A stretch of DNA of 64,000 bases from a virus. Its lineage: Duplodnaviria > Caudoviricetes. The stretch spans positions 18,103 to 82,102 of IMG/VR virus record IMGVR_UViG_3300011947_000001; one strand, written 5' to 3'. This document shows, piece after piece, positions 56,218-64,000 of the stretch. The notes beneath the pieces were generated by a model. The model was not told the origin of the DNA. It saw only the letters and a program-made list of their open reading frames with translations, and searched no databases. Both the position numbers and the translations under genes were made by a program. Every line of letters begins with the position of its first letter. Within the stretch, counting starts at the first letter, position 1.

Positions 56218-57111
56218 TCAACCACCCAATATTTGAGATAGTAATAAATCAATGCCAGTTAATTGAGTATTAATACTATCCAATTTAGCATTAATAGGCT
56301 GAAGCGATGTAGTTAATTTATTATCAACTTCACTTTCAGTTATAAACTGATCCAAGTCAGAAGTATTAACCTTGCTTAATAAAGCATCAGTTAAAGCACT
56401 TTCAGTTATAAACTGATTCAAGTCAGAAGTGTTAGCCTTGCTTAATAAAGCATTAGTCAAAACACTTTCAGTTATAAATTGATCCAAGTCAGAAGTGTTA
56501 GCCTTGCTTAATAAAGCATTAGTCAAAACGGATTGTGTTATAAATTGATTCAAATCAGAATTATTAGCTTTGTTTGCTAAAGCATTAGTTAGGACACTTT
56601 CAGTTATAAACTGATTTAAATCTGAAGTATTGGCCTTACTTAACAAAGCATTAGTCAAAACAGTTTCAGTTATAAACTGATTTAAATCAGAATTATTAGC
56701 TTTGTTTGATAAAGCATTAGTTAAAACACTTTCTGTTATAAAGTTTACTAAGTCTTCCTTATTAGCTTTATCCTCAATCGCCGCATTTATCCATTTATCA
56801 ACTGTAGTTTTAATATCTTCTGCATTAATAGATATATTAGGGATTTGTGGTAATGGAATTTTTCCATCTACATCTAAGGTAGCAACGCCATTTGGAACAC
56901 CCTTTTGTTCAATAGGTATCCCTTGAATACCTGTATAAACTGGAATTTCAGTTAAACCATCAATAATAGTAGCTGGTTCTTCTTCAATAATATTAACAGC
57001 CATTGGTTCTTCAATTATAGCTTGAACACTTATAACCTCATCATCAATGGGATTAATTAAAATTTCATCAGATACCACTTCATTAATCTGTAAAATTTCT
57101 TCATTAGACAA
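56218..57111 (-). CDS. Virion fibre-like protein with 22 aa tandem repeats
   Basis: KGVPNGVATLD.DGK.P motif, then repeats. Confidence 0.75.
   Translation of the reverse strand: MSNEEILQINEVVSDEILINPIDDEVISVQAIIEEPMAVNIIEEEPATIIDGLTEIPVYTGIQGIPIEQKGVPNGVATLDVDGKIPLPQIPNISINAEDIKTTVDKWINAAIEDKANKEDLVNFITESVLTNALSNKANNSDLNQFITETVLTNALLSKANTSDLNQFITESVLTNALANKANNSDLNQFITQSVLTNALLSKANTSDLDQFITESVLTNALLSKANTSDLNQFITESALTDALLSKVNTSDLDQFITESEVDNKLTTSLQPINAKLDSINTQLTGIDLLLSQILGG
56332..56754 (-). repeat. Coding tandem repeat, 66 bp x ~6.4
   Basis: Unit DLNQFITESVLTNALLSKANTS, six full copies plus a partial. Confidence 0.92.
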
Positions 57112-57463
57112 CTCTAGTCACTCCTAAATTCAAAGTAATACTCCCTTGAACGATGCGGAAGCGATCGCCATTACTGAATTCTAATTCAATATCATATACA
57201 GCTTTATCAAAATTAAACTTTTCGGTTTCAGCAGCAGAAATTTTAATGGTTATAATTCCAGAAACTTCATTTATTGTAATTTTATTATTAGTAGTAGATG
57301 CATCGCATATAACACTATCTGATTTAACATCAGATCGAATTTGCATATCAACTTTACAATTTGAATCTAATATATAGATGTCATTATTATTCCATTTGAA
57401 ATTAGCAATGAATGTCGAACCCTGATAAATAACAAACTGCTTTATTATTGGCTTTACAACCAT
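57104..57463 (-). CDS. Small beta-sandwich virion protein (baseplate/fibre-attachment type)
   Basis: IYQGSTF...MQIR...AVYDIEL...RIVQG.ITL..GVTR pattern; ATTAAATA upstream. Confidence 0.7.
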   Translation of the reverse strand: MVVKPIIKQFVIYQGSTFIANFKWNNNDIYILDSNCKVDMQIRSDVKSDSVICDASTTNNKITINEVSGIITIKISAAETEKFNFDKAVYDIELEFSNGDRFRIVQGSITLNLGVTRVV

Positions 57464-57657
57464 TATCAATCCCCTATAGTTTTAATTATATTTAATAGGA
57501 TTTGCTTTTTTGCAGACAAAAAAATACCGTGTCTATTGGGGGTAGCACGGTATATAAACTTTAAATCCTACAACACATTTATATTAATAATGTTGTATAT
57601 ACATAGTACATATAATTAGGAGTAGTGTCAAACATTATAAGTATAATTATTAACCAA

Positions 57658-57960
57658 TCAGAATTCAAAAATTTCAACGTTTTCCTTTTCAATTCGGTCG
57701 CAATTATAAAAGTTTGATCCAAATTTTGGGTAACTATCAATCATTTCTTGCCGCATTCTATATTGAGATGCCCCACGTATATCACGCAATGTTTTTTCCA
57801 TTGGGTGTCCACATAAATCATCATCATCACTATGATAGTGACTCAAAATTGAATTCACATTTCCAACCATATCATCCACATTATATTGTTCTGCTAATAC
57901 CATGAAGCATGATGTCATCACATTACCCATGTAACATTTAACTAAAAATACTTTTTTCAT
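57658..57960 (-). CDS. Hypothetical early protein
   Basis: 100 aa ORF behind a strong promoter. Confidence 0.65.
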   Translation of the reverse strand: MKKVFLVKCYMGNVMTSCFMVLAEQYNVDDMVGNVNSILSHYHSDDDDLCGHPMEKTLRDIRGASQYRMRQEMIDSYPKFGSNFYNCDRIEKENVEIFEF

Positions 57961-57967
57961 TTTTTAC

Positions 57968-58081
57968 TTATCCACAAGTCGATTTAGAAATTCTACTATG
58001 TATATACAAATATGTCAAATCTAAAACTTATAAACAGCTTTATCCACATTTATTAACAATTGTGGATATATTTGTGGATAA
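57968..58081. promoter_or_regulatory. DnaA-box cluster (candidate origin or DnaA titration site)
   Basis: Perfect TTATCCACA at 57968-57976 and 58040-58048, TGTGGATAA at 58073-58081; near matches at 58061-58069, 58028-58036, 58050-58058. Confidence 0.7.
57990..58018 (-). promoter_or_regulatory. Sigma70-type early promoter (leftward)
   Basis: TTGACA-17 nt-TAGAAT; spacer contains TGTATATACA. Confidence 0.8.
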
Positions 58082-58259
58082 GTCTGATCATTTAACGAAC
58101 ATTTAAAAATATTAATTATTTTATAAAACAATAAGTTATGTTTGTACACACACGAATCTTACAAAAAACGCCCAAATCGGTTTGAATTTGACTTAAATAA
58201 GTTTTATAACTTCAAATTGCATAGATCATATATGTTTGTACAAATATGTCTATAGCCTT

Positions 58260-58665
58260 AGTCACATTGGGCGCTGAATAATAGGTGTGATGATATTGGT
58301 TGATAACACCAATGCAATCAAAAAACAAAGTGTCCGCACTGTCTGGCCTGACAACGGACGACGTGATGACCTAGAAATAGGTAAACGGTAATCAACCACT
58401 TTGAAGGGAAGGCTTTGTTTTGAATTATTGTCAATGACTTTATTTCATAAATGAAGTACAGCTTTTTTTAATCATGATTGCACAGGGTTAAAATAAAGCC
58501 GCCATACCAACCGTACCTTCAACATACTATTTCAGTATGACTTGGTAATGAGTGATAACAACCGTGGGGTTGTGAACTGTAATTATCATTTGGTGCATAG
58601 CAAGCCGAAATAAGTTGCTATGGGATATACACTCTACGGCAAAGAGTGTTAGCGAAAGCTAAAGA
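58260..58665 (+). ncRNA. Candidate structured non-coding RNA
   Basis: No ORF of 60 aa or more; GC-richer than flanks; serial hairpins including GAAA-capped ones at 58369-58382 and 58649-58662; strand is a guess from GNRA loops. Confidence 0.35.
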
Positions 58666-59001
58666 TTTAAATTTGTAACAAGCGAACTGTATTTCGTGAT
58701 GTAGAATTTGTTGGGTCTAACGTGTATTTGAATGATAGTGACAATACAGTTTAAGTCATTATCAAGTATTCCGATGGTGAGTTGTTTGAGCTACTTATTT
58801 TTATATAGATCCTTCTTTACCATTTGATTTATTTTCTTCTTTATTTGAATATTTAACTTGTTTTATAGTTTTATATTTAATTTTACTTAATGATATAGAT
58901 ATATAATCCCTTATCATTGAGAAGAAAAAGAAGATTATAAATCAAGAATACTAAAATCACGGATATAAAGGCCACAATTCACCTCAAGAAAACCTGCAAA
59001 T

Positions 59002-59030
59002 TTGACAAATCATATTTGTTTTGATAAGAT
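59002..59030 (+). promoter_or_regulatory. Sigma70-type early promoter (rightward)
   Basis: TTGACA-17 nt-TAAGAT with extended -10 TG. Confidence 0.8.
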
Positions 59031-59062
59031 ACTTATATAATGAATATGACAGGTATTTAAAT

Positions 59063-59344
59063 ATGAAAGAATCAGAAGCGTTACGATTAAAAGACTTTGA
59101 AGCAAAATTGGTTGCTGGGGAAGCTGTGCGTTCTGTACGTCGTATTATTGAGTTTCCACACGAAGCTATTCATCGTACACAATATTCAATCTGGAATGGG
59201 AAGAAGTGGTGTCGAATTAAAAACGCCGACTTACCAAAGTGGTCTACTTCATTTGAAGAACATAATAACTATTGTTTTGATTACGATAGAACGATTATTC
59301 GAGTGAAAGGAAAAAGAAACTATAGTGGTTCTAGAATTGGATAA
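59063..59344 (+). CDS. Hypothetical early protein
   Basis: Start moved to ATG 59063, downstream of the promoter and AGGT SD. Confidence 0.65.
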   Translation: MKESEALRLKDFEAKLVAGEAVRSVRRIIEFPHEAIHRTQYSIWNGKKWCRIKNADLPKWSTSFEEHNNYCFDYDRTIIRVKGKRNYSGSRIG

Positions 59345-59359
59345 ATTTATAAAATACTT

Positions 59360-59382
59360 AAAGCGCCTTCTGGCGCTTTTTT
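59360..59382 (+). terminator. Intrinsic terminator
   Basis: AAAGCGCC-TTCT-GGCGCTTTTTT. Confidence 0.75.
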
Positions 59383-59502
59383 CGTCTGGTATGATCCCTA
59401 AAATCAGATAGTTGATTGTATACACACGATAAGTTAAATTTTGATTATCATATATGTTTAAACTTAAATATAATAACAATTTTGAGAAATGGGATGATTT
59501 AA

Positions 59503-59952
59503 ATGTTCAATACTCCACTGGGAAAGAAACTATATGAAAATGTAATGGGGCTTGGTTATCATATCATGACTGGCAAAGCAGCATTATATTCTAACGTTGT
59601 TGCGATGGTTGAAGACTTCATTGAGAAAGATAACGGTAATATATATCTTTCAAAAAGCATGACGATGGCTGACATTGAAAAACTTATTCTCTATATCAAT
59701 GATGGTACTTCTTATCGATTCGATATGAAATCTGCTGCGACAATTAAACGTGGTGAAATCATGAAAGTTATGAATGAAAATAATATAAAATTTGATGTGT
59801 TTGATCCATTTAAACCAAAAGATATCAAATTAAATGAATGTACAAATCAATTTGGTTTTTGGACTGATAACCACTATGACAAGATCACATTTGTAATTAA
59901 TAGCGGAATAAAAGGTAAATCGGTATTACATATTGATGTGATAATTAAATAG
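59503..59952 (+). CDS. Hypothetical protein (TAG-terminated)
   Basis: 149 aa ORF. Confidence 0.65.
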   Translation: MFNTPLGKKLYENVMGLGYHIMTGKAALYSNVVAMVEDFIEKDNGNIYLSKSMTMADIEKLILYINDGTSYRFDMKSAATIKRGEIMKVMNENNIKFDVFDPFKPKDIKLNECTNQFGFWTDNHYDKITFVINSGIKGKSVLHIDVIIK

Positions 59953-59981
59953 TATAAAGAAATATAAAAATAGGTTAATAG

Positions 59982-60731
59982 ATGAATTTTAAACAATTCC
60001 TGAATGAAGCGAAGTCAGATGGAAAATACAAAACTAACATATCATTAAGCGATGCAGTTGAAATATTCAAAAGTAACTGTCGCGATATGGATATTGATTC
60101 ACCATTCTGGCGGGGTATGCGTTCAACTAATAAAGCATTAACTTTAGAAGGTCAGCGTTCAACCCGCGATTCTATTTCATCAATTAAATTTCATAATATA
60201 TTCATCGATGAATTAATTGAAGAATCAGGTAAACACTACCCATTACGGTCGGCTTCTATTATTGCTATTGGTAATGAAGGCGAAAGTGATGCTAGTGGGT
60301 TTGGGGATGAAGTATACGCCATATATCCATTTGATGGGGTAGTTATTGGGAAGTGTGATGATTCAGATATACTTCGCCAAAGACTCAAATATAATCATGG
60401 GGATTCATATATAATTAGTGATTTGAATTATGAACTATCCCAAATGGGGAATGTCGGTCGTCGTACAACACCTGATATGGAAACTGTTGCAGATGCCATA
60501 TATAAACGTTTGAAAAAAGGTGTGATTGATGACGAGTTTGAAAAAGTATTTGGTAAGTTAGATTTGGATGTAGACGGGATTATTGCTGAACTGAAGAAAT
60601 ATTATAGCTTAGATAATTTTGATTTCATCACTTCTAAAAAATCGAATGATCATGGTGATGAAATTTGGATCGGCGGCCAATGTCTGGCAATTCATGTTGA
60701 TCACTTAGATGAATTTAAAGAAATGTTCTAA
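59982..60731 (+). CDS. CTS-tagged ART-like protein, paralog 8
   Basis: MNFKQFLNEA; FWRGM, PLRSASIIAIG, GFG, EIWIGGQC; ATTAAATA upstream. Confidence 0.7.
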   Translation: MNFKQFLNEAKSDGKYKTNISLSDAVEIFKSNCRDMDIDSPFWRGMRSTNKALTLEGQRSTRDSISSIKFHNIFIDELIEESGKHYPLRSASIIAIGNEGESDASGFGDEVYAIYPFDGVVIGKCDDSDILRQRLKYNHGDSYIISDLNYELSQMGNVGRRTTPDMETVADAIYKRLKKGVIDDEFEKVFGKLDLDVDGIIAELKKYYSLDNFDFITSKKSNDHGDEIWIGGQCLAIHVDHLDEFKEMF

Positions 60732-60733
60732 TG

Positions 60734-60758
60734 AAATGATGCGAAAGCATCATTTTTT
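60734..60758 (+). terminator. Intrinsic terminator
   Basis: AAATGATGC-GAAA-GCATCATTTTTT. Confidence 0.75.
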
Positions 60759-60800
60759 AGTTGTTAAATAAGATAACATATTTGATAAGGTATATTTGAG

Positions 60801-61412
60801 ATGGCAAAGTTAATTACAGTTGAAGGTTTAGATTGTGCAGGTAAATCAAGTGTGATTATCCCGTACCTACGTTCTAAATTAGGTGATGAAAATTATCATT
60901 ATGTTGCTGATATGAAAACTGGAAATATTTCTCAAAAAATTCGCGAAATCTTCATGTCGCCAGAATGTGTAACTGAAGATACAGACTGGCGTACAATCGC
61001 TTATTTGGCTTCAGCGGCCCGTTCTGATCTGGTAGTACAACATATCATACCAGCGTTAAAAGCTGGTAAAAACGTGATCTGTGATCGCTATGTGGATACA
61101 TCATTTGTATACAATATGGATAGCCATAAACAGCCAGTAGATACGATCCTGAATCTTTCTGTTCATCTAGTATACCCACATACAATTATCTTTGCATACT
61201 GTTCATATGAAGAAATGTCATTGCGTAAAACGCTACGTGATGGCGGTGATAATGATCAATGGGATTTATCCAGCAAAGAAGCATACGATAGTAAATTGGA
61301 ACGCTACCGCGAACAGTTTGCAAGCCGTTCATGTAATGTGATTGAAATCGACACATCTGGTTCCCTAGATGAAACTTATGCAAAATTAGATTTAGTTATT
61401 AATCAACTATAA
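60801..61412 (+). CDS. tmk: Thymidylate (dTMP) kinase
   Basis: ITVEGLDCAGKSS P-loop, A.R, ICDRY. Confidence 0.9.
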   Translation: MAKLITVEGLDCAGKSSVIIPYLRSKLGDENYHYVADMKTGNISQKIREIFMSPECVTEDTDWRTIAYLASAARSDLVVQHIIPALKAGKNVICDRYVDTSFVYNMDSHKQPVDTILNLSVHLVYPHTIIFAYCSYEEMSLRKTLRDGGDNDQWDLSSKEAYDSKLERYREQFASRSCNVIEIDTSGSLDETYAKLDLVINQL

Positions 61413-61481
61413 TTATTGGTGCGTGATGGTGTCATATCGTCACGCATTCTAAATAATATAATATTGGCTAAATAAAACAAA

Positions 61482-62213
61482 ATGAAATACAAAAATTACC
61501 TCACAGAAATCACTAAGATCGAACGTCAAATTTTCGATTCAGTAAATGATTACCTTGCGGATTATTCCGAAACTAAACTGAAGGATGGTTTATTTCGGGG
61601 ATCATCCAGTTTAAGCACTACTTCAGTAATTGTTAAACAATCTGATAGTGTTAGAACACCAAGGAGGGCATCACTGTTTATAACTGCATTGGTTGATGGT
61701 TGTTTAAAAGAAATCAATCCAAAAGCACCATCTAGACGACGTTGTACCATTTGTTCAAATGATGAAGATTGGGCTAAAGATTTCGGTACTGCATTATATA
61801 GAGTATTTCCAAAAGATGGTACTTTATTGGCATACATCAAGCATTATGATTTTAACGCATCAGCAAGTATCAATGATCTAGATGAAGATGGACAATTGGC
61901 CCTACAATATAAAAAAACTGATGAATTTAAATCATTGGCTGATATTGAAAAATTGATATTGTCTAAATTTGATCGATTTGAAGATTTTTATAAAGAAGCT
62001 TATATATTAAAGGGTTTGCGTGGCGATATTAAAAGTAATGCTGAAAATATATTAAAACGGTTAGATGTTCATTTAGCTAATAATGCTTCAGAATTACCGA
62101 AGACAAATTGTGAAGTATGGTTCGATGGCGACTGCTTAATAACCAACAATAAATATTTTGATGAATTCGAAACTTATGTTGAGTTAACCATTGAAGAAAA
62201 GAAAAAAAGATAA
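61482..62213 (+). CDS. CTS-tagged ART-like protein, paralog 9 (most divergent)
   Basis: MKYKNYLTE; LFRG, PSR...ICSN, DFG, VFP.DG, EVWFDGDC; CTAAATA upstream. Confidence 0.68.
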   Translation: MKYKNYLTEITKIERQIFDSVNDYLADYSETKLKDGLFRGSSSLSTTSVIVKQSDSVRTPRRASLFITALVDGCLKEINPKAPSRRRCTICSNDEDWAKDFGTALYRVFPKDGTLLAYIKHYDFNASASINDLDEDGQLALQYKKTDEFKSLADIEKLILSKFDRFEDFYKEAYILKGLRGDIKSNAENILKRLDVHLANNASELPKTNCEVWFDGDCLITNNKYFDEFETYVELTIEEKKKR

Positions 62214-62273
62214 CAAATACATTTGAAAATATGATATATTTTGAACATATATCATATTTTATTATGGATTCCT

Positions 62274-62708
62274 ATGTCTTCAATTCTATATATTCTTGAA
62301 TCTCAAGAACTAAAATCGAAATTAAAAGATTCATTGAATGTGTTTTTGCGTTCTATGGATGCTATGAAATTTAATGCTGAACATACTATTTCTATTGAAG
62401 GTTGGGATGTACTAACTTTCCTTGATATCAGTCATGAGTATTCATCCGATATTCTTGTAAAACATGCCCCATATAAATTTGTCAAATTGATTAATATGAG
62501 TCACTTGTCAAATGCTGTAGTCCAACTTATTATGCGAGATTACATTGATTATGATATATATGATCTTAATGTAGACATCAATGATTTGAATGATAAATTG
62601 CTTTTAAGTCTGTTAGATGGTACTACACATAATTACACTGATATCTATAAGGGTGAAACGAAACTAATTGATGATGTATTTTTAACACGCAAGGAAATTG
62701 AAAAATAG
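62274..62708 (+). CDS. Hypothetical protein (TAG-terminated)
   Basis: ORF; start moved to ATG 62274. Confidence 0.6.
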   Translation: MSSILYILESQELKSKLKDSLNVFLRSMDAMKFNAEHTISIEGWDVLTFLDISHEYSSDILVKHAPYKFVKLINMSHLSNAVVQLIMRDYIDYDIYDLNVDINDLNDKLLLSLLDGTTHNYTDIYKGETKLIDDVFLTRKEIEK

Positions 62709-62816
62709 TCTGAAATACTAAAAGTATCTACTGTGTGTTCACCATACTTAAATGACGTTGTGTGTTTTTTATTCATATTAAATATCCATATAGTATAAAG
62801 ACAACCAGTGAGGATT

Positions 62817-63095
62817 ATGCTTATGGATATTAAAACCTTTTTATCAAAGTATGAAAATTTAATGTTTTGGTTTATTTCTTACAATCCTCATTACTTTAGA
62901 ATTAAAGCTGTTACTACTGAGTTTGATGAAATCCATGTTATATGTAAGGTAACAGTAAACCATAATGATGAAATTCGATTGAATATGGCATATCCCCTAA
63001 AAAACTTTTCTGTACTGTGTGCAATGATTAAAAAGAATAGTGGTGAAATATGCTTGATTGATAATATTTGGGATGCGCGTAGCTATTTCATATAA
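62817..63095 (+). CDS. Hypothetical protein
   Basis: ORF with GAGG SD. Confidence 0.55.
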   Translation: MLMDIKTFLSKYENLMFWFISYNPHYFRIKAVTTEFDEIHVICKVTVNHNDEIRLNMAYPLKNFSVLCAMIKKNSGEICLIDNIWDARSYFI

Positions 63096-63188
63096 TCAAG
63101 TGTATATACATGATTTAGTGTGATTAAATCAAGAAATTCAAATATAATCCAATATAAATAGTTATATTAGATTTAATGAGATTATATT

Positions 63189-64000
63189 ATGATTCTTGCT
63201 GATATGAGCAACTTAGCAATTACAGCTTTACAAGAAGCTGGTTCTGGTGGTAATCCAATGATTATCACTGAACAAACTATTCGCCATGTTGTTCTTAAAA
63301 AAATATACGATGTATATAAAAAGATTGGAACACATCATGAGTTGGTTTTAGCATGTGATGGAAAAGATTACTTTAGAAAGGATTTGTTTTCATACTATAA
63401 AGCAAATCGTGTAAAAAATAATGATTGTTTTGATTGGGATGACTTTAGATATCATTATCCAATTTTTAAGGCTGAATTGCCATACTACTTCCCATTTAAA
63501 CTTCTGGAAATCGACAAAGTTGAAGGTGATGATATCATCAATTGTATAACAGATTGGGAAATAGCCAATGGTAATAGACATATTATTATTGCTTCATCCG
63601 ACACAGATGATTTGCAAATTTCTGAACGTTATCCAAATTGGGTAGAACAATATTCATTCAAAAAACGTGGATATATCACCTGTGCTGACTATAATTATTC
63701 CCTAAAACAACATATTATAGAAGGGGATAAAGGGGATGGTATTCCAAATATTATGTCTGATGATGATACATATATGAATCCGGCAAAGCGATCAAAAACA
63801 TTGACTAAAAAACGTCGTGACCAATTTGAGATTGAAATACCTGAAGAATTTCAAGCTAATTATGAAAGAAATAAATCATTGGTTGACATGTCACAAATTC
63901 CTGATCATTATCGACAAGCGATTATAGAAGAATATTTGAAACCTATGCCACCAAAAGAAGATTCAATTTATAAATATTGTATTAAGTATAAGCTTGCCCG
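63189..64000 (+). CDS. rnh: T4-type RNase H / 5'-3' exonuclease, runs off the window
   Basis: Not in ORF track. Manual translation MILADMS...LACDGKDYFRK...YKANR...EGDDII...SSDTDDLQI...GDKGDGIPNIMSDDD. Confidence 0.9.
   Translation, partial: MILADMSNLAITALQEAGSGGNPMIITEQTIRHVVLKKIYDVYKKIGTHHELVLACDGKDYFRKDLFSYYKANRVKNNDCFDWDDFRYHYPIFKAELPYYFPFKLLEIDKVEGDDIINCITDWEIANGNRHIIIASSDTDDLQISERYPNWVEQYSFKKRGYITCADYNYSLKQHIIEGDKGDGIPNIMSDDDTYMNPAKRSKTLTKKRRDQFEIEIPEEFQANYERNKSLVDMSQIPDHYRQAIIEEYLKPMPPKEDSIYKYCIKYKLA

Noticed and set aside
56332-56754. Regular 66-bp repeats as a possible CRISPR array
   Set aside because: Contiguous, in-frame coding repeats with no unique spacers; no cas genes in the window.
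34679-62213. Calling the ART-like family alt/modA/modB
   Set aside because: Only the generic R-S-E pattern is shared; sizes and flanking motifs do not let me assign orthology by eye.
1835-63581. Opposite-strand or off-frame ORFs in the track (e.g. 1835, 2004, 2541, 4081, 4649, 5808, 9630, 18002, 23081, 24619, 36975, 44920, 55825, 61562, 63390)
   Set aside because: They overlap well-supported genes and have no recognisable motifs; treated as shadow ORFs.
1-64000. Genome-wide TAG reassignment (code 15/16)
   Set aside because: Conserved genes are intact in code 11. By manual reading only about five plausible genes end in TAG (29706, 49817, 52288, 59952, 62708), and short in-frame TAA codons after them are expected in AT-rich DNA.

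Overview
64 kb of an AT-rich, T4-related large (probably jumbo) myophage genome. The host is probably a gammaproteobacterium, possibly Acinetobacter (inferred from the tail-fibre module only). The left end has a partial PAAR gene, neck/tail-completion genes gp14-gp15, a gp16-like small terminase and a DUF3380 endolysin. Next comes a leftward replication and nucleotide-metabolism block (glutaredoxin, nrdB, nrdA, Pif1/RecD-like helicase, dCMP deaminase, topoisomerase II gp52 and gp39, DNA ligase). A long accessory region follows, then four tRNAs, a tail-fibre-like module, a ~1 kb non-coding strand-switch region, and rightward tmk and rnh genes. Main highlights: (1) at least 16 genes start with a T4-type capsid-targeting sequence, most behind their own late promoter; nine form a paralog family with ADP-ribosyltransferase-like R-S-E motifs and two carry tandem ART-PolyVal-like domains, suggesting an injected ART arsenal. 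(2) An amber-suppressor-type tRNA (anticodon CUA) lies 28 nt upstream of a gene reading ATG-AAA-CAT-TAG and continuing in frame. (3) nrdA is fractured by a naturally split intein with an HNH gene between the halves. (4) All three homing endonuclease genes have a hairpin-plus-late-promoter switch upstream. (5) A DnaA-box cluster and a candidate structured ncRNA sit at the strand switch. (6) There is an orphan RelB/DinJ-like antitoxin. All family assignments come from motif recognition by eye; no searches were run.
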